DNA from: Candidatus Eiseniibacteriota bacterium
GTDB taxonomy: Bacteria > Eisenbacteria > RBG-16-71-46 > CAIMUX01 > VGJL01
Assembly: GCA_041946735.1 (NCBI GenBank)
Contig: JBHGAY010000015.1
Coordinates: 16,170-80,169 of the forward strand
Direction: 5' to 3'
DNA length: 64,000 nt
Position 1 is the first letter of the stretch; every line of letters begins with the position of its first letter. Shown one piece after another: positions 63,101-64,000 of this stretch. The notes below the pieces were generated by a model. It ran no database searches. It saw only the letters and a list, made by a program, of their open reading frames with translations, and was not told the origin of the DNA. A program made the position numbers and the translations under genes.

Positions 63101-64000
63101 GGGGACGAACGAGCCCGACCGATCCGGAGACCGGCAAGCCGATCGGCTGGGATCGCGTCCTCGGCTTCGACGAGCGAGTGGAACCCGAGGTGCGGGAGCG
63201 CCTCCGCGACGCGCTCGCCGAGACCACCCTTCTGCGCGAGTCGATCTTCCTGCTCGCGGACGGAACGCTCCTCTCCGGCGGCGATCTCCTTCCGGGGGGG
63301 ATTTGGGTGAGCCACCTCGGAGCCGGCCACGGAAAGACGGTCGTCCGTCTCATCGTGTCGACGCGAGGCGGCCGGACGCACGAGTTCGTCGTCAAGATCC
63401 TGCGCGAGATCCGACCCGAGGAGGCGCGCGAGGAAGCGGACTGGCTGATCCGGCTCGGCTCGTTCGATCGAGCCGTCCGGCTCGTCGCCGATTTCGGAGG
63501 CTATTGGCCGGAGCGCGGGATCTGGTCCGAGGAGTACATCAGCGGCGAGACGGTGCGGAACAACCTCACGCGGATCGCGGCGCATCCTGACGAGGAGCGG
63601 CGGCAACGCCTGTCGAGCAGCTGGCCGCACGTCGCCTGGTCGGCCCTGGCGACGTTCGTCGAGTTCTGGCAGCGGACGGGGCGCAAGCTGATCCTTGCCG
63701 AGCCGACGCCGGAGAACATCGTCGTCGCCCCGCACGACTACCAGGAAGGCTCGCGCCTCGTCTCGATCACCTCCCGCCTGCCGTTCCAGGGGATCGCGTC
63801 GATGCTGCGCCGCCAGCACGAGACGTTCCTCGATCCGGTGCATGCGCAGTTCCCGGAGCTCGCCTCGGGGGCGCCGCGCCGCACGAGCTTTTCCGCCTTC
63901 CTGGAAGCGGTCGGGGAGACGACCGGCTTGGCGCTGCTCTGGCGCGCGCTTGGCGAGATGAAGGAGAAGCTGCTCGCCGGAGACCCGTCCTGGCAGCCCT
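60115..64000 (+). CDS. Long-chain acyl-CoA synthetase-like protein (AMP-binding) with an open C-terminal extension of 690 aa or more; it runs off the window end
   Basis: The frame (mod 1) differs from the track ORF 59976..61769, which is rejected. A TTG start lies at 60115 with GGAGG upstream. The AMP-binding motif is LLYTSGTTGQPKG at about 60958. Motifs YGMTEATGG and GDIVREDEDGYYTIVDRKKD follow. There is no stop codon before 64000. The sequence after residue about 600 is Ala/Leu/Arg-rich and helical with no recognised family. Confidence 0.7.
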   Translation, partial: MEKPPTPTVAHQVTDAARDLAHAFRDTASRNRTLEDTIPERVIAAVVETASAHARLPSGAEEAEVRSLLLDLLEAGRTPAFLRRIAGTPLADRWLEAVLGALDAAAISLGDLLQQRAARTPDRTWIRVPRANGWDDVTWGEAEERVAAIARGLREELPERPGAVHVAILAPNRLETILADVACLTHGIVDVPISSDSTPDQVRFILEQTAPPILLVSDRARLDAVLSAGPLPAVRTVLLMDEPEGDPPVEHWLLLREIEERGRSLGRLPLPRIAPRALATLLYTSGTTGQPKGIRFSQRNIVYKRFCRAVAIPEIGEDDTFLCYLPLFHTFGRWLEMTGTLFWGATYAMMENPSVETMLARMALARPTVFISIPKRWIQLHERIIQVAGGTMEEREEIPAARLDDATEAVTGGRLRWGLSAAGHLDTEVFLFFQKRGIELLSGFGMTEATGGITMTPPGQYRRGTVGKALPGIEVRRAEDGELLVRGPYLMLGYNDPDAGDRDYEADWFATGDIVREDEDGYYTIVDRKKDIYKNVKGQTIAPQRIENLFDEFEEVKRSFLVGDGREYNTLLLYPDYEAAGGKLKRMSAEDLREYLSSFVVSVNRFLAPYERVVAFDLLPRYFREDRGELTPKGTFVRKVVEKSFSELIESLYARPYVTVTTQGIDVRVPSWLLREKGLTPDSVSAEPGGIRLRPGGERLTIARIPGAPGRYRVGTFTYRMESEERAAAPLAAPLVDLDRILAIASLWAGNLELSRFVGEGRPRRPRTAQGGGPRISIEGWHRPTLLVDFARETLGRARAKGATGAALVHALAGALFATQGSDALDALASLRKLLQDPAAEEAALARAILPLLRTHPDAAVRSAALAILLPGEVDERAAETLASFLEVDADVFSPEVRARALEHEITPAALRSILRLGASLEVPAGQPWAAGPARRRIESILRFCVETAEQLPRWYAIVRQLLAGRSMQERDADVRALALSLRERLDERFRSWIEWGRTSPTDPETGKPIGWDRVLGFDERVEPEVRERLRDALAETTLLRESIFLLADGTLLSGGDLLPGGIWVSHLGAGHGKTVVRLIVSTRGGRTHEFVVKILREIRPEEAREEADWLIRLGSFDRAVRLVADFGGYWPERGIWSEEYISGETVRNNLTRIAAHPDEERRQRLSSSWPHVAWSALATFVEFWQRTGRKLILAEPTPENIVVAPHDYQEGSRLVSITSRLPFQGIASMLRRQHETFLDPVHAQFPELASGAPRRTSFSAFLEAVGETTGLALLWRALGEMKEKLLAGDPSWQP

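Noticed and set aside
61369-63843. 824-aa minus-strand ORF and 597-aa plus ORF 59976..61769
   Set aside because: The plus-strand frame carrying the AMP-binding motifs (mod-1 frame from 60115) is the real gene. These two are shadow ORFs.

Overview
This is a 64 kb, very high-GC (about 70%) bacterial chromosomal segment. Real genes show a strong G/C bias at the third codon position. Many of the long ORFs in the supplied track are antisense or frameshifted shadows of real genes and were ignored. Several secreted proteins end in the same FlgD-Ig/T9SS-like C-terminal sorting domain, which hints at an environmental, possibly uncultivated, lineage. Contents in order along the window:
- A stomatin/NfeD gene pair, a GNAT acetyltransferase, and a roughly 650-bp array of REP-like palindromic repeats.
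- A long minus-strand Wzx/Wzy-dependent polysaccharide locus (GT4, Wzz, GT4, Wzy, Wzx, GT4, GT2, Wza) with stop/start overlaps in most adjacent gene pairs.
- Divergent from that locus, an AsnB-like amidotransferase and a secreted beta-helix protein.
- A TonB-dependent receptor, a Cys-rich PDZ protein, a GT2, and thrS without its N-terminal TGS domain.
- A 1135-aa C10 (streptopain-like) peptidase with two beta-helix modules, then mscL.
- An encapsulated-ferritin (EncFtn) / encapsulin operon.
- A tandem BadF/BcrA-type activase with DUF2229 and an HgdB-like partner, next to a sigma-54 two-component system.
- OmpA/Pal, an IDH-like dehydrogenase, a citD-citE fusion and citF.
- A TlpA-like thiol:disulfide oxidoreductase whose first CxxC cysteine codon is an in-frame TGA followed by a SECIS-like hairpin. 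It is a candidate selenoprotein.
- Housekeeping genes: dksA-like, queD, an MFS transporter, an AI-2E transporter, an exonuclease, nfo, ccmH, SOD and gltA.
- A giant acyl-CoA-synthetase-like ORF that runs off the window end and is absent from the ORF track.
No rRNA, tRNA or CRISPR was found. The most interesting items are the selenoprotein candidate, the REP-like array, the activase/sigma-54 neighbourhood, the encapsulin operon, the citDE fusion and the extended acyl-CoA synthetase.
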